Below are positions 49,971 to 61,500 of a DNA stretch of 64,000 bases, one piece after another. How positions within the stretch are numbered: the stretch's first letter is position 1; every line of letters starts with the position of its first letter. The notes beneath the pieces are model-generated. The model was not told where the DNA came from. It was given only the letters and a program-made list of their open reading frames with translations, and did no database searches. The DNA comes from Enoplolaimus lenunculus (lineage: Eukaryota): assembly GCA_030248215.1 (NCBI GenBank), contig JASANG010000932.1:434001-498000 (forward strand). Direction: 5' to 3'. Position numbers and translations under genes: made by a program.

Positions 49971-50103
49971 CTAAGCCTATGGCTAAGCCTAAGCCTAACC
50001 CTAAGCTTAAGCCTAAGCCTGAGCCTAAGCCTAAGCCTAAGCCTAAGCCTGAGCCTTAGCCTAAGCCTAAGCCTAAGTCTAAGCCTAAGCCTAAGCCTAA
50101 GCC
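49971..50103 (-). repeat. Interstitial (GCCTAA)n telomere-type array
   Basis: About 22 units, between the peptide gene 3' end and the CYP 3' end. Confidence 0.9.
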
Positions 50104-50697
50104 AATATGACCTACAAAATCTTGAACCGTCGAACAAATGCTTGTAGTAAAACACGTTTTGATTGGTTATATTATACTTCATATGTACAAGGACATCCAT
50201 TATTTTATTCGTGTTTATTTTTGTCCTAACCCCAGTCTAAGGACTGTCCTCACGGGAAGACCCCAAATTGGGCTGGTGACCCCAAATAGACTCAATCTAA
50301 ATGTATATAGTCTTGAATTGCAAATGTAGGGGTCGCTTAATATTTTTCAGTGCTCCGCCCAAAATACATTTTTCTGCTGACGCCCCTGGGCTTTTGATTG
50401 GTTAAACTGTGCCGAGCTCTGTTAAAATTCAAAACAAGGTTCCGATTGTCGAATGAAATCAATGAAACTTAGTTTCGTGTTTAACGATTGGCTAAAGACA
50501 CAAATGATTACGGAAACGGAAGTCAATTTTTACCGGATATACAAATACTTATTCATTAGGCTTCTTTTAAAATTGTGAACAAAAAAGAGCGGATGCAGTT
50601 TTTATTTCATATCGAACAATTGCAGCATATCAACATTTTGCAAAATTTGATGATTTAGTAAATCTTAAAATATGAAGTAATAAATGTTGAAGAATAT

Positions 50698-50884
50698 GGC
50701 CAATGTTACTGTTAGGGGCGTGACAATAGATTAAGCGTATTTCTAAGCCTACGCCTAAGCCTAAGTGTTGCAAAAATGTGTGCCTAAGCGTATTAGCCTA
50801 AGTAAGAAGTTGTAATCTAGAATCTAAACCTACTCTTTTATAGACCCACCAGAAACCTTTACGCCCCTTAAAGTAACATGGGCC
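50698..50884. mobile_element. Merlin-like MITE subfamily B
   Basis: TIRs ggccaatgttactgttaggggcgt / acgccccttaaagtaacatgggcc; TSD aagaatat/aacaatat. Other B copies at ~2360-2505, 19015-19670, 38205-38376, 54570-54755. Confidence 0.8.
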
Positions 50885-51673
50885 AACAATATTATCACAC
50901 AGCTTTGGTGCTTGCCATCAATTAACATCTGGGTGTCATACGAACATGGAGACCATTTGCAGGACGCAATGTCAACTCAGAGACTGCGTCCACAGAATCC
51001 ATTGGCTCAACTGAAGCGATGTGAAAGTTTTTGACCAGCATTGAAACAGTTGTCAACATTTCGAGGATTGCAAATTTTTGACCTAAAAATAAAATGGAAA
51101 CAATTCTATAAAGTTTACTGAAGGATTGGTAGCATTTAAACTTTGACTCATTTTATTTCAAACAAAAATTACAAAAACTAAAATGACATCTGGTTGTGAC
51201 AGGATTTTTACGTTTATTCCGGTATTGCGAAATCGAAATTTTTCACACATTTGCGCATAAAAGTTGTGCCGTTCGTAACTTGGCGGATTAGTGTGGCGGA
51301 AGGCCCGGGTCCGACATGGCTAACAGTCGTTTTTAATAGCAATTATTTTATACAGCACAGCTTAAAGTGTAACACAGGGCCGGCGTTAGAATAAGGATAG
51401 TCGGCCGCCCCAAAACAGGTCAAATAGGCGTTCGCAATAAAATGCTTCACAGCTCTATATAAACTTTGTGATTCGGGAAAATTTTTTTTTCATGGCTTCT
51501 TATCCATTGAAACATGCCGTCGTTTTTTGGTTGGTGGGAGGCCCCTTTTTGGTGGAAGGCCCGGCGCCCGAGGTCCCTGCGCCCCCTTTAATCCGGCGCT
51601 GTTCGAAAAACAACAATAGTTCAAAAAGTTTTCTAATGAAATAAATCTTGATAAAATGTAAAGATTATAGGTA

Positions 51674-52099
51674 CTGTAGTGACCCGAATAAGAGGGGGGA
51701 CTGATATTTATTTGGCCTCTCGAGAGGGTAACCCCATTGTTATTCGGTTACGGACTGTTATTTATTTTAACCCAAGCTCCGCCGCCCTTCGTCGCTGAAA
51801 TATATCCGGTACTGCAATTATCCGTTGAATTAAACGTTTATTTGTCTTGTGTCAATAGCTTGAGCGATAATACAAGGTTACACTTAGGAATGTGCTTTCA
51901 AACTTTAAGTACGCTTTAAAGGTTCGACCTCAAATTATTTGGTCCTGGATTTATTTATGCGCTACAATTAGGATTAATGGATATTTATGGACTCTAATTA
52001 GGGTTTAGGGACTCTATGCGCTTACGGACTCTTATTAGGGATACGGAATCCAATTGATTCGGACTCAAAATGGGGACCCTCTTATTCGGGTCAATACAG
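51674..52099. mobile_element. Tc1/mariner/pogo-type MITE (TA TSD); mirror at 63573-64000
   Basis: ta|ctgtagtgacccgaataagagggg..ccctcttattcgggtcaatacag|ta. Confidence 0.7.
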
Positions 52100-54962
52100 T
52101 AAAACTTGTTAATTCAGCGTGATTTTAAATCATTTATTTTCGTTTATCTTCAAATCCAAAGCACAGTTCATACCTCAATTGTGTTGGCAGAAAAATAAAA
52201 CATTTTTGAAATTTTGAAATTACGCTGCAATATCTGTTTTCCGTTTCTGTTATTTTTACTATCTGTTTTAGAATTCTTAATCGACAAAACGCTATTACAA
52301 GTTGAGGGTTTAATATTAAGAATCTGCGGCATTATATAGGACTTTATGGCCCATTTACGGATTTTCTGAGGCGGATTAGGAGTCCTACTTAGCTCTATGT
52401 TTCTCTTATGCAGAAATTGTGGCCAGAATTTGCGTATTTCCCCTGTGACAATTGCGGTGTTTGCACGGCATCATAAAGGTTAATGTTTTACATAGACGAG
52501 TACTTCACTAAACCGAATATATACTTCGTTCAATGACATCATACGTCATCAAAATATAATTCTGAGTCGAAGCCTAAGCCTAAGCCTAAACGAAACCTAA
52601 TGGCGTACGAGCAAATGTCTGGTCTATGATATTATCGGTTATAATGCGAATCTCGGTCGATAGTCCTGGCGACAAAATGTCATTTATGCCGTTTTCGAAT
52701 TCATTTGTGAACCAATTTCTGATTGGCTAAGAAAATACCATTCAAAGGACAAACCGCCCCCGCCCCCTCAGGCCCGTAATCTGTAATTGGCTGCGCTGGT
52801 GATGTTCTTCTCGTTCTTACCGATACAATTTCGTGGGCCAGCTGCAAATGGAACGAATGAGTACGGATGTCGGCTCATATTTTCAGGATCGTCGTGAGCG
52901 AATCTGTCAGGTATAAATTTGTCAGGATATTCGTAGTAGTCTGGGTCACGATGGATCGACCACATCGATATCATTGCTGTACATCCGGCCGGTATGACGT
53001 AATCAGCTGAAATCCGTTTTAAATTTTCACTCATTCTCACTTGAATAGTTTCGGGCCATTTAAAAATCAGTGGCGGAACGTTTTTCTGTAGGACTGCAAT
53101 AGAGTAAAGCTTTAGCTTTAGACCATTTTTTTGCTTGGCTTAAGCTTAGGCTTAGGAATATGTTCATTCCTACGCTTAGGCTTAGACTTAGGGTTAGGCT
53201 TAGGAATACGCTTAATGCGCTTTGACGACTCTCAAAGTAACATTGGCCAAAAATATAGACCAACTCATTTTGGTGGCGTGTGGTAACGCGCGGCTGCGTG
53301 CGTCGTCATGCGGAAACGTGCGGCAAAATTTAAAAAATTTACCTGCTGCGGCGTCCGGCAGTGCCCCGCGGACATTGCGCAACCTAAAGAGTGAATGATA
53401 AATGATTGATATTATTTTGTTACCTGCAGTAAACGGTTCAGTCACTTTTCGACCCACATACGGTACAGGTGGCACATATCTCATCGATTCCATAATAAAA
53501 GTTCGCAGGACGCGAAGCGATTTAAGCTTCGACGGATTCAACCAATCACATTCGTCGCCTGTAAACAGCAGCTGAGTTGTGTAATACCCAATCAAAAAGT
53601 TTAAGAGTTGGTTGATTATAATACTTTTGGATAGAAAATGTGAGCATTTACACAAGCTGGGGTAAAACCGTTCCGAGGAACGGAGAGCAAAATTAGATCC
53701 AAAGCTTATATTTGGAAAGTTTTCGCAATCCTACAAACCCCTATAATCACAGCTGTCATTGTAAGTGTGAATGGTTAAAAATAGGACTTTTTTCACACGT
53801 TTCTGATTGGGTAATTGAAAACCTCTGAGTTAACAGTCGAAGTCGAAAGTTTTCTAACTAAAATATTGACTTTTCAAGTTTCAGTTGCGTCTTTGAAACC
53901 CAGCGAATAGCGCGTTTCTGAAATATTGTTCAAGTATTTACTTAACTTACGTACACTTTTAGAAACAATAAATTGATTAAACAAATGCATAGCAAATACA
54001 TATAAGCATAAAATTGTACTTAAGCAGGCTTTCAGAAGCCCAGCCATTGTTTATGGATCATCCTATTTATATAATCTGCTCGGATGTACAAAACAGAACT
54101 GTAACCTAAGAGTTGGTACAACGCAAACAGCGTGCTCTATCACAACAACGTGTCCTGAGTCTGTAAATCGGATACCGGAACAGTAATCACACATTTTTTA
54201 CAAAGTCCAGAAATCGAAACAAAATACAAACATACACATATATCAAAACATGAAGTCGTACTTAAGTAGGCTTTCAGAAACCTAGCCATTGTTTTTAGTT
54301 TTATGAAATTAGCAGGCTGATTCCTATGCTTTATGATTTAAGTTAAATCGGTTAAATGTTTTCCATTGAAATGTAAATTTTAACATTTTTTCTCATTTGC
54401 GTGTCTTGTTTCAACTGCCGTCACTTACTTGGAATACTTATAAATACTTTGATGCTACTTGAGAGCACGGTGTAACCGTTATTTCGACCACTATCCGTTT
54501 CCGTTTCCGTTTCCGTTTCCGTGATTTTTACTATCCGTTTACACCCTGCTTGAAAGTATTACAGTTATTGGTCCATGTTACTTTAAAGGGCGTGCCGTTT
54601 TTGCAAGCATGCAATAGAGAACGTTAAATCTTTTTAGAGTAACGGTTATGCTTAGGCTTAGGCTTGGTTTTAGTCTTGTCCTTGCATACGGAAGGTTAGC
54701 CTTAGACTGAGATATTTTCAAACGCTTACTGTTTACGCCCCTAAAAGTAACAATTGTAAGCATTGCTGTAGAAGGTCGTTTTATTAATAAACGTACTCAG
54801 AGTTTCTGAAATTTCTCGATAAATATGCTCCTGATACTCGGGAAAATGACCAAGGAAAAATATTGTCCAGCAAATTGCAGTTGCCGACGTATCTGTAGCC
54901 TGAAACATTTGAAACAAAATTGACAAACTTTTATTTTTGCGTTGCGGCTCTTTGAACATTTT

Positions 54963-55077
54963 CAAACAAACAGACAAACAAACAAACAAACAAACAAACA
55001 AACAAACAAACAAACAAACAAACAAACAAACAAACAAACAAACAAACAAACAAACAAACAAACAAACAAACAAACAA
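54963..55077. repeat. (AAAC)n microsatellite; shorter mirror (GTTT)n at ~60665-60723
   Basis: Read directly; the copy number differs about two-fold between arms. Confidence 0.95.
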
Positions 55078-55673
55078 TGCTATTAAGCTTCGTAAGCGCA
55101 AGTTCTACAAGACGTGAGACCTCCCTCGTGCTCGAGCATCTGCAGACCCTTAAAGTTGAGAGTGGTAAATGATGAGAACGTCTCTCACACCATGAAACTA
55201 CGATTCGAATCTTGGCTTGAAATTTAATTTGCATACAGTGCAAAAAAATGGTGAGCCAAATTGACTCTCTCGAAAATAGGCTTTTCCTGGCTACTCAAAC
55301 TGAGTCAAGTTCGACTCCACCAGAGTCAAATTCGATACACTGAGTCGCACGTTTGACTTTGGCGGAGTCGAATTTGACTCAGATTGTGTAGTCAGGAAAA
55401 GCCTATTTCCGAGAGAGTCGATTTGACCCCATTTTTTACGGTGTACATTTTAGTATAAATATTCATGTGAGAAAAGGTTCACAGTTGTCTTACTCCTTGA
55501 GTAAATGTGTCAACTTCTTCACGAATGTCACATTTGTTCATTTCATGCTTTGAAGCGAGTTCGAGTAGAATATCGAGGAATGTACATCGTTTTCGACCAT
55601 CAACACTGCGGTATGGACACTGAATTCGTGCTGTGATAATCTGCAAACAACAATAAATATTCATAAATTTCAT

Positions 55674-56444
55674 CGCCAATGTTAATTCCTAAGCCAAAGC
55701 CTAAACCTAAGCCTAAGCGTTGCAAAAGCGTATTCCTAAGCCTAAGCCTAAGCGTTGCAAAAGCGTATTCCTCAGTTAAGCCTAAACCTAAGCGTTGCAA
55801 AAGCGTATTCCTAAGCCTAAGCCTAAGCGTTGCAAAAGCGTATTCCTCAGTTAAGCCTAAACCTAAGCGTTGCAAAAGCGTATTCCTCAGTTAAGCCTAA
55901 ACCTAAGCGTTGCAAAAGCGTATTCCTAAGCCTAAGCCTAAGCGTTGCAAAAGCGTATTCCTCAGTTAAGCCTAAACCTAAGCGTTGCAAAAGCGTATTC
56001 CTCAGTTAAGCCTAAACCTAAGCGTTGCAAAAGCGTATTCCTAAGCCTAAGCCTAAGCGTTGCAAAAGCGTATTCCTCAGTTAAGCCTAAACCTAAGCGT
56101 TGCAAAAGCGTATTCCTCAGTTAAGCCTAAACCTAAGCGTTGCAAAAGCGTATTCCTAAGCCTAAGCCTAAGCGTTGCAAAAGCGTATTCCTCAGTTAAG
56201 CCTAAACCTAAGCGTTGCAAAAGCGTATTCCTAAGCCTAAGCCTAAGCGTTGCAAAAGCGTATTCCTCAGTTAAGCCTAAACCTAAGCGTTGCTAAAGCG
56301 TATTCCTAAGCCTAAGCCTAAGCGTTGCAAAAGCGTATTCCTAAGCCTAAGCCTAAGCCTAAGCAAAAAATGTAGTATAGAATGTAAGCCTACTCTTTTA
56401 TTGACTCACCACAAACCGGGACAGTCCTAATAGTAACATGGGCC
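55674..56444. mobile_element. Merlin-like MITE B with an internal 35/40-bp minisatellite expansion (mirror at 59287-60067)
   Basis: Perfect 8-bp TSD aatttcat. The interior is an array of gcgttgcaaaagcgtattcctaagcctaagcctaa (35 bp) and gcgttgcaaaagcgtattcctcagttaagcctaaacctaa (40 bp). Confidence 0.85.
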
Positions 56445-57754
56445 AATTTCATTTTAATATCTTAAAATTTCTTGAGATATATTTCATTCCAATTTAAAAG
56501 TGTATTAGGCTCTTGTATACTTACCCGTCATAAAAAAAGCTTAGACGTAAACTTAGGCAACGGGTTCGTAGACTGAGACTAAGGTTTAAACAAAAACATT
56601 AGGCTTAGGCTTAATGAATTTTTTCTAAAAATCGGAACAGTATTATAAGCTTATTCTTACACGTAAGCCTAAGCCAAAGCCTAAGCGTAAGAATGAGTTT
56701 ATTCCTAAGCATAAAACCCTAAGCCTAAGCGTAACCCAACCAAAAAATAGTCTAAAGCTTAAGCTTACTCTATAGCAGTCTCACAGAAAAACATTCCACC
56801 CCTGATCTTTACGTGGGCCAGCCCAACGAACCTGTGAATAAAAGTGAACAAGAGCCTTTTATGCAAATTTAAAATGTCTTTTAACTTTTAGTTTTTGTTG
56901 AAAATTTTCTCACATTTGAAATTTTTTTAAAAATCAAAAACTTTAAGCTGATTTTGGCTAAAGTTGCTGAATTCACTTCTAATCGCTCAGAACTTGAGCA
57001 AACTAACTTTTTCGGTAAACTCGTGTGCCGTTTTGATGGCTCGTGTTAAGGTAAAACCGTAGCCAAAGCAGTAAAACAACGGTCGAAACCACAGCCACGG
57101 AGAGCGTTCTTTGCGAACCATAAGCTCTGTGATTCTGAAATAAAAATAGGTAGTAAAATAGCGGAAAACGGATATTGAAGTATAAAAGTTTCAAAGATGT
57201 ATTATTCGGTCACCATAATTGCGGCATGTAGATATCAGTTGGCTTTCTAAACCTTTAAAGGAAAAATAACGGATGCACCAAAATTCTTTTATTATTTTGG
57301 ACGAATTTCGTTGCTAATGTTTCATACAGAACAATTAAAGCATATTTGTAATGAAATACTGTGATGTACACATGGGATTTATAACTAATTTTAAGCATAA
57401 AAATAGGGGAATTTCCGGTATTTTTATAACGGAAAAAAACGAACACCGATCTTTACCGGAAACGGAAACAGATATCCGGTTAATAGATGTATATATACTA
57501 AATAGCTTATGTATAGAACAGGGCCGGATCGTTTTCCGAAGGGGCTGTACCTGTCATACAGTCAGCTTGCGATTTAGACAAAATTTTTTGCTTCGGCTTA
57601 GGCTTACGCTTAAGTTTAGGCTTAGGAATATGATCATTCTTTCGGTTTTGCCAGGATTCATAGCAAAACCAAAGGTTTTTTAGCAACAGGAAAATACAAT
57701 TCCAGTATTCTCGTCATTACTTAAATCACTGCTTATAAAATTGCAATAATCAAT

Positions 57755-57975
57755 GGCCAATGTTACTTTTAGGGGCGTAACAGTAGATTAAGCGTACTCC
57801 TAAGCCAAAGCCTAAGCGTTGCAAAAATGCGTTCTTAAGCCTAAGCCTAAGCGTTGTAAAAAATGTGTTCCTAAACCTAAGCCTAAGCCTAAGCAAAAAA
57901 CGGTAATCTAGAATCTAAACCTACTGTTTTATAGACCTACTAGAAACCTGGACGCCCCTTAAAGTAACATTGGCC
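57755..57975. mobile_element. Merlin-like MITE (subfamily B) at the palindrome hinge
   Basis: 24-bp TIRs ggccaatgttacttttaggggcgt / acgccccttaaagtaacattggcc (1 mismatch) around internal GCCTAA arrays. The flanks are inverted (taatcaat/attgatta) rather than forming a direct TSD. Confidence 0.85.
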
Positions 57976-58595
57976 ATTGATTATTGCAATTTTATAAGCA
58001 GTGATTTAAGTAATGACGAGAATACTGGAATTGTATTTTCCTGTTGCTAAAAAACCTTTGGTTTTGCTATGAATCCTGGCAAAACCGAAAGAATGATCAT
58101 ATTCCTAAGCCTAAACTTAAGCGTAAGCCTAAGCCGAAGCAAAAAATTTTGTCTAAATCGCAAGCTGACTGTATGACAGGTACAGCCCCTTCGGAAAACG
58201 ATCCGGCCCTGTTCTATACATAAGCTATTTAGTATATATACATCTATTAACCGGATATCTGTTTCCGTTTCCGGTAAAGATCGGTGTTCGTTTTTTTCCG
58301 TTATAAAAATACCGGAAATTCCCCTATTTTTATGCTTAAAATTAGTTATAAATCCCATGTATACATCACAGTATTTCATTACAAATATGCTTTAATTGTT
58401 CTGTATGAAACATTAGCAACGAAATTCGTCCAAAATAATAAAAGAATTTTGGTGCATCCGTTATTTTTTCTTTAAAGGTTTAGAAAGCCAACTGATATCT
58501 ACATGCCGCAATTATGGTGACCGAATAATACATCTTTGAAACTTTTATACTTCAATATCCGTTTTCCGCTATTTTACTACCTATTTTTATTTCAG

Positions 58596-61500
58596 AATCA
58601 CAGAGCTTATGGTTCGCAAAGAACGCTCTCCGTGGCTGTGGTTTCGACCGTTGTTTTACTGCTTTGGCTACGGTTTTACCTTAACACGAGCCATCAAAAC
58701 GGCACACGAGTTTACCGAAAAAGTTAGTTTGCTCAAGTTCTGAGCGATTAGAAGTGAATTCAGCAACTTTAGCCAAAATCAGCTTAAAGTTTTTGATTTT
58801 TAAAAAAATTTCAAATGTGAGAAAATTTTCAACAAAAACTAAAAGTTAAAAGACATTTTAAATTTGCATAAAAGGCTCTTGTTCACTTTTATTCACAGGT
58901 TCGTTGGGCTGGCCCACGTAAAGATCAGGGGTGGAATGTTTTTCTGTGAGACTGCTATAGAGTAAGCTTAAGCTTTAGACTATTTTTTGGTTGGGTTACG
59001 CTTAGGCTTAGGGTTTTATGCTTAGGAATAAACTCATTCTTACGCTTAGGCTTTGGCTTAGGCTTACGTGTAAGAATAAGCTTATAATACTGTTCCGATT
59101 TTTAGAAAAAATTCATTAAGCCTAAGCCTAATGTTTTTGTTTAAACCTTAGTCTCAGTCTACGAACCCGTTGCCTAAGTTTACGTCTAAGCTTTTTTTTA
59201 TGACGGGTAAGTATACAAGAGCCTAATGCACTTTTAAATTGGAATGAAATATATCTCAAGAAATTTTAAGATATTAAAATGAAATTGGCCCATGTTACTA
59301 TTTGGACTGTCCCGGTTTGTGGTGAGTCAATAAAAGAGTAGGCTTACATTCTATACTACATTTTTTTGCTTAGGCTTAGGCTTAGGAATACGCTTTTGCA
59401 ACGCTTAGGCTTAGGCTTAGGAATACGCTTTTGCAACGCTTAGGTTTAGGCTTAACTGAGGAATACGCTTTTGCAACGCTTAGGCTTAGGCTTAGGAATA
59501 CGCTTTTGCAACGCTTAGGTTTAGGCTTAACTGAGGAATACGCTTTTGCAACGCTTAGGCTTAGGCTTAGGAATACGCTTTTGCAACGCTTAGGCTTAGG
59601 CTTAGGAATACGCTTTTGCAACGCTTAGGCTTAGGCTTAGGAATACGCTTTTGCAACGCTTAGGCTTAGGCTTAGGAATACGCTTTTGCAACGCTTAGGT
59701 TTAGGCTTAACTGAGGAATACGCTTTTGCAACGCTTAGGTTTAGGCTTAACTGAGGAATACGCTTTTGCAACGCTTAGGCTTAGGCTTAGGAATACGCTT
59801 TTGCTACGCTTAGGCTTAGGCTTAGAATACGCTTTCCAACCAACAAACCCAACCCTTAGGCTTAGGAATACGCTTTTGCAACGCTTAGGCTTAGGCTTAG
59901 GAATACGCTTTTGCAACGCTTAGGCTTAGGCTTAGGAATACGCTTTTGCAACGCTTAGGCTTAGGCTTAGGAATACGCTTTTGCAACGCTTAGGCTTAGG
60001 CTTAGGAATACGCTTTTGCAACGCTTAGGCTTAGGTTTAGGCTTTGGCTTAGGAATTAACATTGGCGATGAAATTTATGAATATTTATTGTTGTTTGCAG
60101 ATTATCACAGCACGAGTTCAGTGTCCATACCGCAGTGTTGATGGTCGAAAACGATGTACATTCCTCGATATTCTACTCGAACTCGCTTCAAAGCATCAAA
60201 TGAACAAATGTGACATTCGTGAAGAAGTTGACACATTTACTCAAGGAGTAAGACAACTGTCAACATTTTCTCACATGAATATTTATACTAAAATGTACTC
60301 CGTAAAAAATGAGGTCAAATCGACTCTCTCGGAAATAGGCTTTTCCTGACTACACAATCTGAGTCAAATTCGACTCCGCCAAAGTCAAACGTGCGACTCA
60401 GTGTATCGAATTTGACTCTGGTGGAGTCGAACTTGACTCAGGTTGTGTAGCCAGGAAAAGCCTATTTTCGAGATAGTCAATTTGGCTCACCATTTTTTTT
60501 GCACTGTATGCAAATTAAATTTCAAGCCAAGATTCGAATCGTAGTTTCATGGTGTGAGAGACGTTCTCATCATTTACCACTCTCAACTTTAAGGGTCTGC
60601 TGATGCTCGAGCACGAGGGAGGTCTCACGTCTTGTAGAACTTGCGCTTACGAAGCTTAATAGCATTGTTTGTTTGTTTGTTTGTTTGTTTGTTTGTTTGT
60701 TTGTTTGTTTGTCTGTTTGTTTGAAAATGTTCAAAGAGCCGCAACGCAAAAATTAAAGTTTGTCAATTTTGTTTCAAATGTTTCAGGCTACAGATACGTC
60801 GGCAACTGCAATTTGCTGGACAATATTTTTCCTTGGTCATTTCCCCGAGTATCAAGAGCATATTTATCGAGAAATTTCAGAAACTCTGAGTACGTTTATT
60901 AATAAAACGACCTTCTACAGCAATGCTTACAATTGTTACTTTTAGGGTCGTAAACAGTAAGCGTTTGAAAATATCTCAGTCTAAGGCTAACCTTCCGTAT
61001 ACAAGGACAAGACTAAAACCAAGCCTAAGCCTAAGCATAACCGTTACTCTAAAAAGATTTAACGTTCTCTATTGCATACTTGCAAAAACGGCACGCCCTT
61101 TAAAGTAACATGGACCAATAACTGTAATACTTTCAAGCAGGGTGCAAACGGATAGTAAAAATCACGGAAACGGAAACGGAAACGGATAGTGGTCGAAATA
61201 ACGGTTACACCGTGCTCTGAAGTAGCATCAAAGTATTTATAAGTATTCCAAGTAAGTGACGGCAGTTGAAACAAGACACGCAAATGAGAAAAAATGTTAA
61301 AATTAACATTTCAATGGAAAACATTTAAACGATTTAACTTGAATCATAAAGCATAGGAATCAGCCTGCTAATTTCATAAAACTAAAAACAATGGCTAGGT
61401 TTCTGAAAGCCTACTTAAGTACGACTTCATGTTTTGATATATGTGTATGTTTGTATTTTGTTTCGATTTCTGGACTTTGTAAAAAATGTGTGATTACTGT

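Larger units (their letters stand above)
50922..57134 (-). pseudogene. CYP4-clan cytochrome P450, 3' six exons only (5'-truncated, ~285 aa, frame intact); left palindrome arm
   Basis: Minus-strand exons 57134-57008 (ITELMVRKERSPWLWFRPLF..AHEFTEK), 55640-55494 (FLDILL..DIREEVDTFTQG), 54899-54797 (ATDTSATAICWTIFFLGHFPEYQ), 53558-53424 (ESMR, ExxR motif), 53006-52821 (FIPDRF, HPYSFVPFAAGPRNCIG heme motif), 51082-50922 (QKFAILEM..LTLRPANGLHVRMTPRC*). No N-terminal exons were found between 57134 and the palindrome centre. Functional status is uncertain. Confidence 0.85.

Noticed and set aside
55700..56360. Regularly spaced repeats resembling a CRISPR array
   Set aside because: No unique spacers, eukaryotic context, enclosed by MITE TIRs and a TSD.
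49106..58722. Fusion of the peptide gene's signal exons to the right-arm CYP exons
   Set aside because: Peptide-gene donors are phase 1 and the first CYP acceptor is phase 2; a good terminal exon already exists at 49797.
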